This document shows positions 9,553 to 18,106 of a stretch of 35,735 nucleotides of DNA, piece by piece. The translations under genes and the position numbers were made by a program. This DNA comes from Dehalococcoidia bacterium (GTDB taxonomy: Bacteria > Chloroflexota > Dehalococcoidia > SM23-28-2 > DASRHH01). Each line of letters begins with the position of its first letter. Position 1 is the first letter of the stretch. The stretch is from assembly GCA_035650635.1 (NCBI GenBank), contig DASRHH010000074.1, positions 1 to 35,735 of the forward strand. Direction: 5' to 3'. The notes below the pieces were generated by a model. That model was given only the letters and a program-made list of their open reading frames with translations, did no database searches and was not told the DNA's origin.

Positions 9553-10454
9553 CCCCTATTGAGCTTCGAAACCTCTCGAAGCGGTACAGCAAGGATGTCC
9601 TTGCTGTCGACGATGTAAGTCTCGAAGTTCATTCCGGCATGGTTTATGGGCTGCTGGGGCCAAACGGGGCCGGCAAGACTACGATCCTCCGCATGGTTGT
9701 GGGACTAGTCCATCCAACTTCGGGCGGGGGTCTCTTGTTCGGCAGTGCTATCAGGGCCGGAAGTCCAGCCCTCCGCCGGGTCGGCGCCATGGTCGAACAT
9801 CCTGGATTTGTACCCCATCTCTCAGGCCTAGAGAACCTGAGGCTCTACTGGATCGCCGGCGGCCAGCCCTGGCGGGAGGCCCACGTGGATGAGGCCCTGG
9901 CAATTGCTGACCTGGGTCCGGCAATCAAGCGCCGGGTCCGGACGTATTCCCACGGGATGATCCAGCGCCTGGGGCTAGCCCAGGTTCTACTCGGGCAGCC
10001 TGACCTCCTGTTGCTCGACGAACCAACGACGGGACTGGACCCACAGGAAATGCGAGAGATCAGGGAGTTAATTCGTAAGCTGGCCCAACAAGGAAGGACA
10101 GTCTTCCTCTCCAGTCATCTCTTATCAGAGGTTGAGCAGGTCTGCAGCCACGCGGCAGTGATGAATAAGGGGCGCCTGGTTGCATCCGGAAGCGTTGCAC
10201 AGCTCATCGGCGCCGCCTCGAGCGTGTACCTTGAGGTCGACGATGTTGACCGGGCTCAAGTCACCCTGAGAGGGCTAGCCGGCGTGCAGTCGATCTCGTC
10301 TGAGCCGCCGGGGTTAGTGCTCCAGCTAAACGGTCTGCAGCGCAGTCAAGTGGTCGCCGCTCTGGTAGCTGCTGGCATCGGCGTGGAGACCATCACTTCG
10401 CGGCACCGTCTGGAGGACGCCTTCCTGCAAATGCTTGAGGCGGATGAATTTTGA
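9540..10454 (+). CDS. ABC transporter ATP-binding protein
   Basis: Walker A GPNGAGKT, signature-like YSHGMIQRL, Walker B LLLLDEPTTGLD. I prefer the start at MDQPSPIE over the track start at 9486. Confidence 0.9.
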   Translation: MDQPSPIELRNLSKRYSKDVLAVDDVSLEVHSGMVYGLLGPNGAGKTTILRMVVGLVHPTSGGGLLFGSAIRAGSPALRRVGAMVEHPGFVPHLSGLENLRLYWIAGGQPWREAHVDEALAIADLGPAIKRRVRTYSHGMIQRLGLAQVLLGQPDLLLLDEPTTGLDPQEMREIRELIRKLAQQGRTVFLSSHLLSEVEQVCSHAAVMNKGRLVASGSVAQLIGAASSVYLEVDDVDRAQVTLRGLAGVQSISSEPPGLVLQLNGLQRSQVVAALVAAGIGVETITSRHRLEDAFLQMLEADEF

Positions 10455-11251
10455 TCCGAGTCGAGTTAACGAAGCAGACCTACCGCCTCCGGACGTATAT
10501 TGCCCTGGCGCTGATGATCGCGATTCCTATCCTCATAACCCTTGCACTTGAGTTCGGCGGCAGGCCAAGGAATCGGGGTGAGCAGAACTTCTTTACTCTG
10601 GCGACCCATTCCGGCCTCAACGTGCCGCTGGCCGCCCTGAGCGTGATGAGCAACTTCTTGCTCGTCATCGTCGTCGCTCTGTTTGCCGGTGGGGCCGTGG
10701 CGGAGGAAGCAGGTTGGGGCAGTCTGCGCTATCTCCTCATGAGGCCGGTAGCCCGCGGCCGGCTACTGGCTGCCAAGCTCGCCGTTGCGGCTCTCTTCAC
10801 TATTTTGGCCACGATCACTATATCGGTTGCGGGCTTGATCGCGGGCGTGATCGCCTTCGGATGGCATCCCGTTGTCACTCCCTCGTTGGCGCTTTTCTCT
10901 CAACAAGAGGCCGTGGCCAAGCTGATCGCCTCGACCATTTATGTGGCCTGGAGCATGTCCTGCGTCCTTGCCTTCGCCTTTATGTTGTCGACGATGATGG
11001 ACGCCCCCCTCGGGGCCGTTGCCGGCGGGGTCGGCCTGGCCATTGTCTCCGACATCTTGAACGCGATCCCAGCGCTGAAATCGCTGCGCAACTTCATGCC
11101 GACGCATTACTGGCACGCCTGGGAAAACCTGTTCGCTAATCCCGCAAGTCATTCCGACATGATTCGCGGAGCATTACTGCAGCTGCCTTATATTGCGCTG
11201 TTTCTTCTACTGGCTTGGTGGTGGTTCCATCGAAGAGACATTGTGTCCTAG
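10451..11251 (+). CDS. ABC-2 type transporter permease
   Basis: 266 aa, about 6 TM. TTG start overlaps the ATPase stop by 4 nt. Confidence 0.75.
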   Translation: MIRVELTKQTYRLRTYIALALMIAIPILITLALEFGGRPRNRGEQNFFTLATHSGLNVPLAALSVMSNFLLVIVVALFAGGAVAEEAGWGSLRYLLMRPVARGRLLAAKLAVAALFTILATITISVAGLIAGVIAFGWHPVVTPSLALFSQQEAVAKLIASTIYVAWSMSCVLAFAFMLSTMMDAPLGAVAGGVGLAIVSDILNAIPALKSLRNFMPTHYWHAWENLFANPASHSDMIRGALLQLPYIALFLLLAWWWFHRRDIVS

Positions 11252-11261
11252 AGCAACCGAC

Positions 11262-12623
11262 CTAAGATCCATTCGTAAAGATCGGATAGCCCGCAGCTCG
11301 CCAGGCTTCAATGCCGCCATCAAGGTTGAGCAAAGGACCCAGGCCTGCGCGTTCCAGCAACGAGGCAGCCGTCGAGGCACGTTCGCCATGGCCACAATAG
11401 GCGACCAGCGGCCGACCCTTGGGTAGGGTTGCCGCCACGTCTTGCAGGCGGCCCAGCGGTAGCTGGAGTGCGCCTTCAATATGGCCACTAGCGAATTCGT
11501 CCGACTCGCGTACGTCGAGGATCTCAGCCCCGTCAACGATGGCGCGGCGGGCGGCCTGGGCATCAACCAGTCTCACCTCAGCCACAGGCCGCCCGGACGC
11601 CTGCCAGGCAGTGATGCCGCCCTGCAGCCAGCCAACGAAGCGCTCGTAGCCGACAAGCAGCGATTCCGCGACGACATCTTCCAGCCTGACGCCGTCCGTT
11701 ACGAAAAGCAGCGGCAAGTCCGGCGGCACCAGCCATCCCAGCCAGGTGGCATAGACGTCGCGCAGGGGGTTGCTGATGGCGTTGGGCACGTGAGCCAGCG
11801 AGTACTCCTCCTTCGATCGCACGTCGATGACGATGGCGCCGGCAGCGAGCGCCTCCGCAAATTCGTCCGCGCTGAGCGGACGCGGACTGGGGATCTCCCC
11901 GCGCAAGCGCGGTCCGGCCTGGTTGAAGGCGCGAAGGCGGAAGAAGTAGTCCGGCGCGGCCGGAAATGTCCTCGGAAGCCAGCGGACGAACTCCTCCTGC
12001 TCGGTCTGCCGCAGCAACGGGTTGGATGCGCGCTCGCGGCCCAACGTCGAGATGCGCTCACCGCCGGCACCAGTGGAGCAGAAGGAGCCGCCGCCGTGGG
12101 TCGGATAGAGGATGGTGTTATCTGGCAGCGCGGCAAAGACCTGGTGCACCGTGTGAAAGAGGGAGCGGGTCAGCGATTCGGTCAGGTCCGGCGAAATTAG
12201 GTCGGTGCGGGCTGCGCCGCCGACAATGAGTGCGCCGCCACTGAACAGCTGCGGAGGCTGCCGGGCGCTGCGCAGGACATACGCCAGGTGCTCTGGCGTA
12301 TGTCCTGGCGAGGCAAGGGCCTCGATATCGGCGGAAGCAAGGCGCAGGCGCTGGCCAGCTTCAATGGCTTCGTGCGGGAACTTCGCCTGCTCGCCGGCCG
12401 GCAACAGGATGCGGGCGCCGGTGGCGTGAGCCAGCTCGCGGGCGCCGGAGACGAAATCTGCGTGCAGATGGGTCTCCAGCAACGCGACGATCCGCAGTCC
12501 CCGGGCCTCGGCCAACTGCAGGTAGCGCTGGATGCTACGGTCCGGGTCCACGACCAGCGCTTGCCCCTCGCCGAGATCCACCAGGTAGGAGCTGTTGCCC
12601 AACCCTTCATGAACAAACGGCAT
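11262..12623 (-). CDS. MBL-fold persulfide dioxygenase-like domain fused to two rhodanese domains (CstB/Blh-like)
   Basis: True start is MPFVHEGLGNSSYLVDLG (ATG at 12623), 5 nt after the MFS stop. The track ORF 11262..13055 carries a spurious Arg-rich extension that overlaps the MFS gene. Motifs: ETHLHADF and SPGHTPEH (MBL metal ligands); a second rhodanese with active-site loop YCGHGERAS. Confidence 0.85.
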   Translation of the reverse strand: MPFVHEGLGNSSYLVDLGEGQALVVDPDRSIQRYLQLAEARGLRIVALLETHLHADFVSGARELAHATGARILLPAGEQAKFPHEAIEAGQRLRLASADIEALASPGHTPEHLAYVLRSARQPPQLFSGGALIVGGAARTDLISPDLTESLTRSLFHTVHQVFAALPDNTILYPTHGGGSFCSTGAGGERISTLGRERASNPLLRQTEQEEFVRWLPRTFPAAPDYFFRLRAFNQAGPRLRGEIPSPRPLSADEFAEALAAGAIVIDVRSKEEYSLAHVPNAISNPLRDVYATWLGWLVPPDLPLLFVTDGVRLEDVVAESLLVGYERFVGWLQGGITAWQASGRPVAEVRLVDAQAARRAIVDGAEILDVRESDEFASGHIEGALQLPLGRLQDVAATLPKGRPLVAYCGHGERASTAASLLERAGLGPLLNLDGGIEAWRAAGYPIFTNGS

Positions 12624-12628
12624 CACCT

Positions 12629-13891
12629 TCACGGCGATACCTCCAGGGGCCGGCCGAATGTGGCTCTGCTCATCGTCATCGCTGCTACGACTCCGGAGCA
12701 GACTGTCGCGACGGCCACCAACTGGATGGCCGGCCGGAAACCGAAGACATCGGCGACAGCCCCGGCAGCCAGAGCGCCGGCTGCCGCTCCCGAGTCGCGC
12801 CAGAACCGATAGACACCGATGAAACTCGCACGGGCCTCCGGGTGAACCTCGTCGCCGATTGCTGCCAGCAGAGTCGGGTAGACGAGAGCGGTGCCTGCAC
12901 CCAATAAGGATACTGCCACCAGCCAACCCTCGAACTGCGAGGTCGCTCCGACGATGGCAATGGCCAAGCCCTGCAGCAGCATGCCAACGACGACGAGCGG
13001 TCGGCGGCCCAACTGGTCGCTGGCCCAGCCAGTCAGTGGCTGTAATGCGCCCCACAGCAAGGGGTAAAGCGAGGCCAGCAGCGCTATGCGCTCCAGTGAA
13101 AGACCGTGACTGGCGAAGTAGAGGGGAAAGATACCCCAGGCCAGGCCGTCGTTGAGGTTGTTGACGAAACCGGCCTGGCTGACACCGAACAGTCGAGGTT
13201 GGCGCGCTGTCTCGGCGAAACTGGCGCCGAGTGAGACAGCTGCCACCGATACCGGGTGGCGAGTCGCTTCCAGTCGCACATGGGAGGCGGTGTCGCGCAC
13301 CGCAAGCAGGCTCAGCGCCAGCCCGAGGCTGGCGAAAGCGATGCCGAGATAAAACGGCTCAGGCCTAAGCCCGTAGCCTTCGGCGATGATGCCGGTGAGG
13401 TAAGCAGCAGCGGCCACAGAGAGGTAACCCGCAGCCTCATTCACCCCGAGCGCAAAGCCACGGCTCCGCGGACCGACCAGATCGACCTTCATGTTCACAG
13501 TCATCGACCATGTTAGTCCCTGGTTGATCCCCAGCAGGAGATTGGCGCCGATGACCCAACTCCAGGCTGGCGCCAGTATGATGATGATTGGGACCGGCAG
13601 GCCGAAGAGCCAGCCGGTGACGAGAAGGCGTTTGCGGCCGTATCGCTCCGAAAGGCGGCCGGCGAAAAGGTTAGCCAGCGCCTTGGCCAGCCCGAACGAC
13701 GCGATGAAAGAGACAGCGGCCGTCTTGGAGGCGATGCCGAACTCGTCCCTGGCGAGGACCGGCATGATAGAGCGCTCCAGCCCGACCATGCCGCCGACGA
13801 AGGCATTGACCAGCGCCAGCAAAGCAAACTGCTGCCAGTTCGCTCGCAGGCCCAGGACCACACGTCGATCAGACTGGCGAGGCGGCACCAC
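12629..13891 (-). CDS. MFS transporter (possible sulfur oxyanion exporter, by context only)
   Basis: 420 aa, 12-TM pattern, MFS motif-A-like GRLSERYGRKR. Confidence 0.85.
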   Translation of the reverse strand: MVPPRQSDRRVVLGLRANWQQFALLALVNAFVGGMVGLERSIMPVLARDEFGIASKTAAVSFIASFGLAKALANLFAGRLSERYGRKRLLVTGWLFGLPVPIIIILAPAWSWVIGANLLLGINQGLTWSMTVNMKVDLVGPRSRGFALGVNEAAGYLSVAAAAYLTGIIAEGYGLRPEPFYLGIAFASLGLALSLLAVRDTASHVRLEATRHPVSVAAVSLGASFAETARQPRLFGVSQAGFVNNLNDGLAWGIFPLYFASHGLSLERIALLASLYPLLWGALQPLTGWASDQLGRRPLVVVGMLLQGLAIAIVGATSQFEGWLVAVSLLGAGTALVYPTLLAAIGDEVHPEARASFIGVYRFWRDSGAAAGALAAGAVADVFGFRPAIQLVAVATVCSGVVAAMTMSRATFGRPLEVSP

Positions 13892-13919
13892 GGATGCTCC
13901 TGTTTGCCATATGGTGAAG

Positions 13920-14279
13920 TCAGACGTTCAGAGTCGTGGCGCCGGACAGTGCGTACTCGACCACGTTGGCTGCGGTCACGATCTTCGCGCCTTCGATGAG
14001 GTCTGCCTCCGTAATGCCGCGCGGGTTGGTGCAGGCGGCGCAGGCCCAGATCTGGCCGCCGTTAGCCAGGAACGACTTGATGACGTCAGCGAGGGGCTGG
14101 AAACCTTCCTTGTGGATACCCTCCGCGTAGCCTTTCGTGGCAATGCGGACTCCCTCGATCGTCAAGAACACGACCGCCTCCTGGTCCGCGCTGGCCGCGA
14201 CATTGCCCACCACGAAGGGGAGTGTCGCGCGCTCGGGATCGTCCTGCCCGTTGTTGCAGTTGACCAGAACCTTTGCCAT
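13920..14279 (-). CDS. DsrE/DsrF-family sulfur relay protein
   Basis: 119 aa. Starts MAKVLVNCNNG and contains WACAACTNPRG, a DsrE-fold pattern with conserved Cys. Confidence 0.8.
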   Translation of the reverse strand: MAKVLVNCNNGQDDPERATLPFVVGNVAASADQEAVVFLTIEGVRIATKGYAEGIHKEGFQPLADVIKSFLANGGQIWACAACTNPRGITEADLIEGAKIVTAANVVEYALSGATTLNV

Positions 14280-14305
14280 GGCTGTTTCTCCTTTCCTTTT
14301 GCTAG

Positions 14306-14551
14306 CTACTTCTTGCGGATGTAGAAGCGGGTCTTATGCGCGTCTTCTTCCACGGTCGCGACCAGCGCGTTGCCGCTTAGTCGGCACCAGGCCGGCACCC
14401 CTTCACGTGCAGACAAGTCGTCGCTGAGGATCATCAGCACCTCGCCGCTCGCCAGGTCGCGCAACCCGGCCTTGATCAACGGTGGCAGGTTCGCGCAGGC
14501 CTCCCCGGGGGCATCCAGGAGATGGTGCGTATCAGGGATCTCTTGCTTCAT
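14306..14551 (-). CDS. tusA: TusA/SirA-family sulfur carrier protein
   Basis: 81 aa. LDAPGEACANLPPLIKAGL matches the TusA N-terminal Cys loop (variant of D-x-RG-x-x-CP-x-P). A strong SD (AGGAAGGAG) lies upstream. Confidence 0.8.
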   Translation of the reverse strand: MKQEIPDTHHLLDAPGEACANLPPLIKAGLRDLASGEVLMILSDDLSAREGVPAWCRLSGNALVATVEEDAHKTRFYIRKK

Positions 14552-14555
14552 GTCT

Positions 14556-15344
14556 CTACTCCTTCCTCTTGCGACCCGAAAAAGTCACGCCAAACGTCTC
14601 GAACTCCCTGGCGTCCGATTCGTGCTTCGATCCCGAGAAGACGTCAACTTCCCGGCCCCATTCAATTTCCTGAAAACCGACGCGGTCCAGGACCCAACGC
14701 CACTCTGCTTCCAGCAGAGCACCGGCAATTCAGCCAGACCAGAGATCGATGTCATCCTTTGCGGCCTGGGGAACCTCTTTGTGAACTACGATGTCTCCGA
14801 TTTGGATGCGGCCCTCCGGCTTTAGCACCCGGTAGACTTCCTTCATCACGCCGACCTTGTCGGGGCAGAGATTGATGACTCCGTTACTGATGACGACGTC
14901 AACTGAACCGTCCGGCGCGGGGAGCGCTTCCGCGAAGCCTTCTCGCGCATCGACATTTGTCAGGCCAAGCAAAGTGGCGCTTGCACCGGTCTTGGCCAGC
15001 ATGGCAGCCGTCATGTCGACGGCTATCACGCGGCCTGCCGGGCCTACCTGCTGCGCGGCCAGCAGAGTGTCGAAGCCGGCGCCGCAACCGATGTCGAGGA
15101 CGGTCGAACCCTCCGCCAACCGGCCAAGCGAGAGCGGATTGCCGGTGCCGGCGAAAGACTCGACTGTTGATGTTGGCAGCCAATCGACGTCGGCCTCTGC
15201 GTAGCCCAGCATCACAGCCAATGGCCGACCGGTATGAAAGTGGAAGCCCTTATCCGGTTCTTGAGCCACGTCGGTGTATTTGGCCTGAATCTGGCCGCGC
15301 AAGTCGTGGCGATTCACGGCTGCTGGTCTTACTGCACTAGTCAT
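14556..15344 (-). CDS. ArsM/UbiE-type SAM-dependent methyltransferase with in-frame TGA (14730..14732) at a conserved Cys position; candidate selenoprotein, 262 aa with U205
   Basis: Track ORF 14730..15344 ends ...DDIDLWSG-TGA. The same frame continues IAGALLEAEWRWVLDRVGFQEIEWGREVDVFSGSKHESDAREFETFGVTFSGRKRKE-TAG (stop 14556..14558). SAM motif VLDIGCGAGFD. A G-[Cys]-(I/V)-AGA block is conserved in the ArsM family. The total length is typical for the family. Confidence 0.6.
14701..14721 (-). promoter_or_regulatory. SECIS-like stem-loop immediately 3' of the in-frame UGA
   Basis: The mRNA reads UGA AUUGCCGGUG CUCUGC UGGAA GCAGAG UGG. This gives a 6-bp perfect stem (plus two possible G.U pairs), a 5-nt apical loop containing GG, and 16 nt between UGA and the loop. 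Confidence 0.45.
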
Positions 15345-15453
15345 CTGAGTACTCTCTTACAGTTCATCTATTACTCATGGAACCTCCTCCAGAAATCCTT
15401 GGGAAGATAATCGATGATAAACTTCAACTTGTCAATAGATAAATTGAAGAGTT

Positions 15454-15468
15454 GCAGAAAATTTCTGC
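15454..15468. promoter_or_regulatory. Perfect inverted repeat GCAGAAA-A-TTTCTGC; candidate ArsR-family operator overlapping a -35/spacer
   Basis: Lies in the 144-nt divergent intergenic region. TTGCAG (15452..15457), then 17 nt, then TATAGT (15475..15480). The regulator ATG at 15489 is only 9 nt after the -10, so the mRNA is near-leaderless. Confidence 0.4.
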
Positions 15469-15488
15469 GGGCCTTATAGTGGGCAATA

Positions 15489-16151
15489 ATGGACGATCAC
15501 CGCGGCTTCAAGGATCGGATATATGCCGAGTTCGCTCGCGTCGGCCAGGCTCTGGCGAACGAGAAGCGATTGGAGCTTATCGACCTGCTCGCCCAAGCGC
15601 CCAGGCACGTCGACGCTCTCGCTCAGGAGAGTGGAATGTCGGTGGCCAACGTCTCACAGCATCTGCAGGTGTTGCGAGATGTCCACCTCGTGACGCCTCA
15701 GAAGGAAGGCACACGAGTCGTCTATCGCCTTGCTGGCCTGGACGTGATCGGTCTATGGCTCTCGCTAAGATCGGTTGGGGAAGAACGTCTCGCGGAAGTC
15801 CGGCGCATCGTCGAAGACTCGGGGCCAGCCAGCAGCCTCAATGAGGAGCTGCCTCGTGCGGACCTCGATGGATTGCTTGCGTCCGGGCGGGCCATACTCC
15901 TGGATGTGCGGCCGCGCCTCGAGTTCGAATCCGGCCATCTGCCAGGCGCCGTTTCCATCCCGCTAAATGAACTGATGGATCGCTTGAGCGAGTTGCCTCG
16001 GGATAAGCTCGTCATCACCTATTGCCGGGGAGCCTACTGTCTGTTTGCAGACGAGGCCTTGGTCCTGCTGCGCCAACATGGCTACAACGCTCGCCGATTG
16101 GAGGGCGGCTGGCCTGAGTGGCTCAGCGAAGGTCGCGACGTCTCAACTTGA
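15489..16151 (+). CDS. ArsR/SmtB-family HTH regulator fused to a C-terminal rhodanese domain
   Basis: HTH region LELIDLLAQAPRHVDALAQESGMSVANVSQHLQVLRDVHLV. Rhodanese region LLDVRPRLEFESGHLPGAVSIP...ITYCRGAYC. The only cysteines in the protein are in the rhodanese loop. Confidence 0.85.
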   Translation: MDDHRGFKDRIYAEFARVGQALANEKRLELIDLLAQAPRHVDALAQESGMSVANVSQHLQVLRDVHLVTPQKEGTRVVYRLAGLDVIGLWLSLRSVGEERLAEVRRIVEDSGPASSLNEELPRADLDGLLASGRAILLDVRPRLEFESGHLPGAVSIPLNELMDRLSELPRDKLVITYCRGAYCLFADEALVLLRQHGYNARRLEGGWPEWLSEGRDVST

Positions 16152-16272
16152 TCAGTAAGGCACAAGCCAGTGAGCATGTTGGTCCAGGCCGGCCTTAAAG
16201 CTATGGGGCTTTCGGCACCGGCAATCGCGAGGGGAGCCGAGCCGCTACTCTTCCAAGCATCACGCTTTTCCG

Positions 16273-17661
16273 CTAGAGCGGCGGCCTATGCCTATGCCAG
16301 TCCGTCGCCTGCTCATACGCATAAGCGGCCTGCAATACCGTCTCCTCCTCCCACCAGCGCCCCACCAGCTGCAAGCCAATAGGCAGCCCCAAACTGCTGA
16401 ACCCGCAAGGCAGCGAAATGGCCGGTTGCCCGCTGAGGTTGAAGGGATTGGTGAGCCGGTTATAAGAGAGGACCTTACCGCGCGAGCACTCCTCTATCGT
16501 CAACGCAGTCAGCGCCGTGGTGGGTGTGACCAGCAAATCTATCCGGTCAAAGACCCGCCGCCACTCCTCCCCAAGACAAGTTCGAAGGCGTTGAGCCTGA
16601 ATGTAAAGGACCGCGGGATGCAAAGCCCCAAGCTCCAGCCGAAAGCGGACATCATCGCCATAATCTTGTGGCCGTTCTTGTAGATAACGCTGGTGGTAAG
16701 CGGCGGCTTCTGGCAGCATTATCGCGCTGACGGCCTCCGGCACATCATTGATCAAAGGCAGGGTTATCTCCTGGATTTCGGCGCCAAGACCTTCCATTAC
16801 CCGGAGCGCCTCATGCACCGCTGACTCTATCTCGGGCTCCACCCCGTCAAAGAAGTGCTCTCGGGGTACGCCTATCCTTAGGCCACGCACTCCGCGCGCT
16901 AGCGCGCGGCGGTAGTCCGGCGCAGGCCAGGAGCTGGAGCTAGAGTCTTTGGGGTCCGGCCCGGCCAGTACTGAGAGCATTAGCGCCGCATCTTCGACCG
17001 TCTTGCAGATTGGCCCTACGTGGTCCAGAGACCAGCTCAGCGGTATCACTCCATGCCTGCTTACTCTGCCATACGTGGGCTTAAGTCCTACTAAGCCGCA
17101 AAGTGCCGCCGGTATGCGGACGGAGCCTCCAGTGTCCGTCCCCGGCCCGCCCAGACCGAGCCCGGCAGCAACAGCAACGGCGGTCCCGCTGCTGGAGCCG
17201 CCGCTGATACGTCCCGTATCCCAGGGATTGCGCGGTGACCCCCAGTGTGGGTTGACACCGGTCACCCCCAGGGCGATCTCATGCAGGTTGGTCTTGCCCA
17301 GGAGTACCGCTCCTGCTTCCTTCAAGCGAGCTATCACCGTCGCGTCCTCTTCGTCGATCTGGTCAATCACTCGAGAACCGGCTGTCAGGCGCACACCGTT
17401 CCAAGCGAAGATGTCCTTAAGTACCAACGGGAGACCATGCAGTGGCCCCCTGTACCGGCCGCGGGCTATTTCCGCTTCCGCGGCGCGAGCTGCCTCCAGT
17501 GCCAGCTCGGGAGTGCGGGTGATGAAGGCGTTGAGCCGCGGTTCCAGCTTCTCAATACGCTCCAGGCATGCTTCTATCACCTCCACAGGCGATAGCTCTC
17601 TAGCGGCGACGAGCCGCGCCGCTAGAGTCAGAGTCAGGCTCACCAGCTGTCCCGGCTTCAC
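16273..17661 (-). CDS. Amidase-signature family enzyme (GatA/AtzE-like)
   Basis: 462 aa. GGSSSGTAVAVAAG and GTDTGGSVRIPA amidase-signature blocks. Confidence 0.9.
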   Translation of the reverse strand: MKPGQLVSLTLTLAARLVAARELSPVEVIEACLERIEKLEPRLNAFITRTPELALEAARAAEAEIARGRYRGPLHGLPLVLKDIFAWNGVRLTAGSRVIDQIDEEDATVIARLKEAGAVLLGKTNLHEIALGVTGVNPHWGSPRNPWDTGRISGGSSSGTAVAVAAGLGLGGPGTDTGGSVRIPAALCGLVGLKPTYGRVSRHGVIPLSWSLDHVGPICKTVEDAALMLSVLAGPDPKDSSSSSWPAPDYRRALARGVRGLRIGVPREHFFDGVEPEIESAVHEALRVMEGLGAEIQEITLPLINDVPEAVSAIMLPEAAAYHQRYLQERPQDYGDDVRFRLELGALHPAVLYIQAQRLRTCLGEEWRRVFDRIDLLVTPTTALTALTIEECSRGKVLSYNRLTNPFNLSGQPAISLPCGFSSLGLPIGLQLVGRWWEEETVLQAAYAYEQATDWHRHRPPL

Positions 17662-17858
17662 TGTCCGGCCTTGCTAGCGGGCGGCTGAAAGCTGAAGGCG
17701 GGCGGGGCTGTCCCCAGCTCTATACGGGCCAACCTTTGCTCGGCCTGGCGCAGGCTCTCCAGACCCGCCACGAGCGCCTCTACCCGGTCTTCGTTCAGAG
17801 AAATCCCGGCGGATAGCGCCAGGTATCTAATTACGATCTTTACGTCCTCTTGGTCCAT
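17658..17858 (-). CDS. Small GatC/AtzG-like helper subunit of the amidase (tentative)
   Basis: 66 aa, overlapping the amidase start by 4 nt. Helical, GatC-like pattern: LSAGISLNEDRVEALVAGLESL. Confidence 0.5.
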   Translation of the reverse strand: MDQEDVKIVIRYLALSAGISLNEDRVEALVAGLESLRQAEQRLARIELGTAPPAFSFQPPASKAGQ

Positions 17859-18106
17859 GGCTTGGCGGTGAGTTCGCTGGCGGTTAGCCTAGCTTCCAGC
17901 CTTCAAGTTGGTCAACCGCGTGGCGGCGGAACGGCTCCTGGACTCCTGGGCCAAGAGTGTAATGTCAGAATACGAGAGTCGGGCCAGCACCAGGATGTCG
18001 ATTCCGCGGGGGCACACCAGGGCTACTCCCTCTCCCGCGATATAATAACCATCAATTACACTTGTCCCACCTTAGACCGCATAAATAACCCGTTTTAGGA
18101 GGACCA

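Noticed and set aside
12624-13055. N-terminal 143-aa extension of ORF 11262..13055.
   Set aside because: It overlaps the MFS gene in another frame and has an Arg/Gly/Ser-rich composition. The MBL domain begins exactly at MPFVHEG (12623), 5 nt after the MFS stop.
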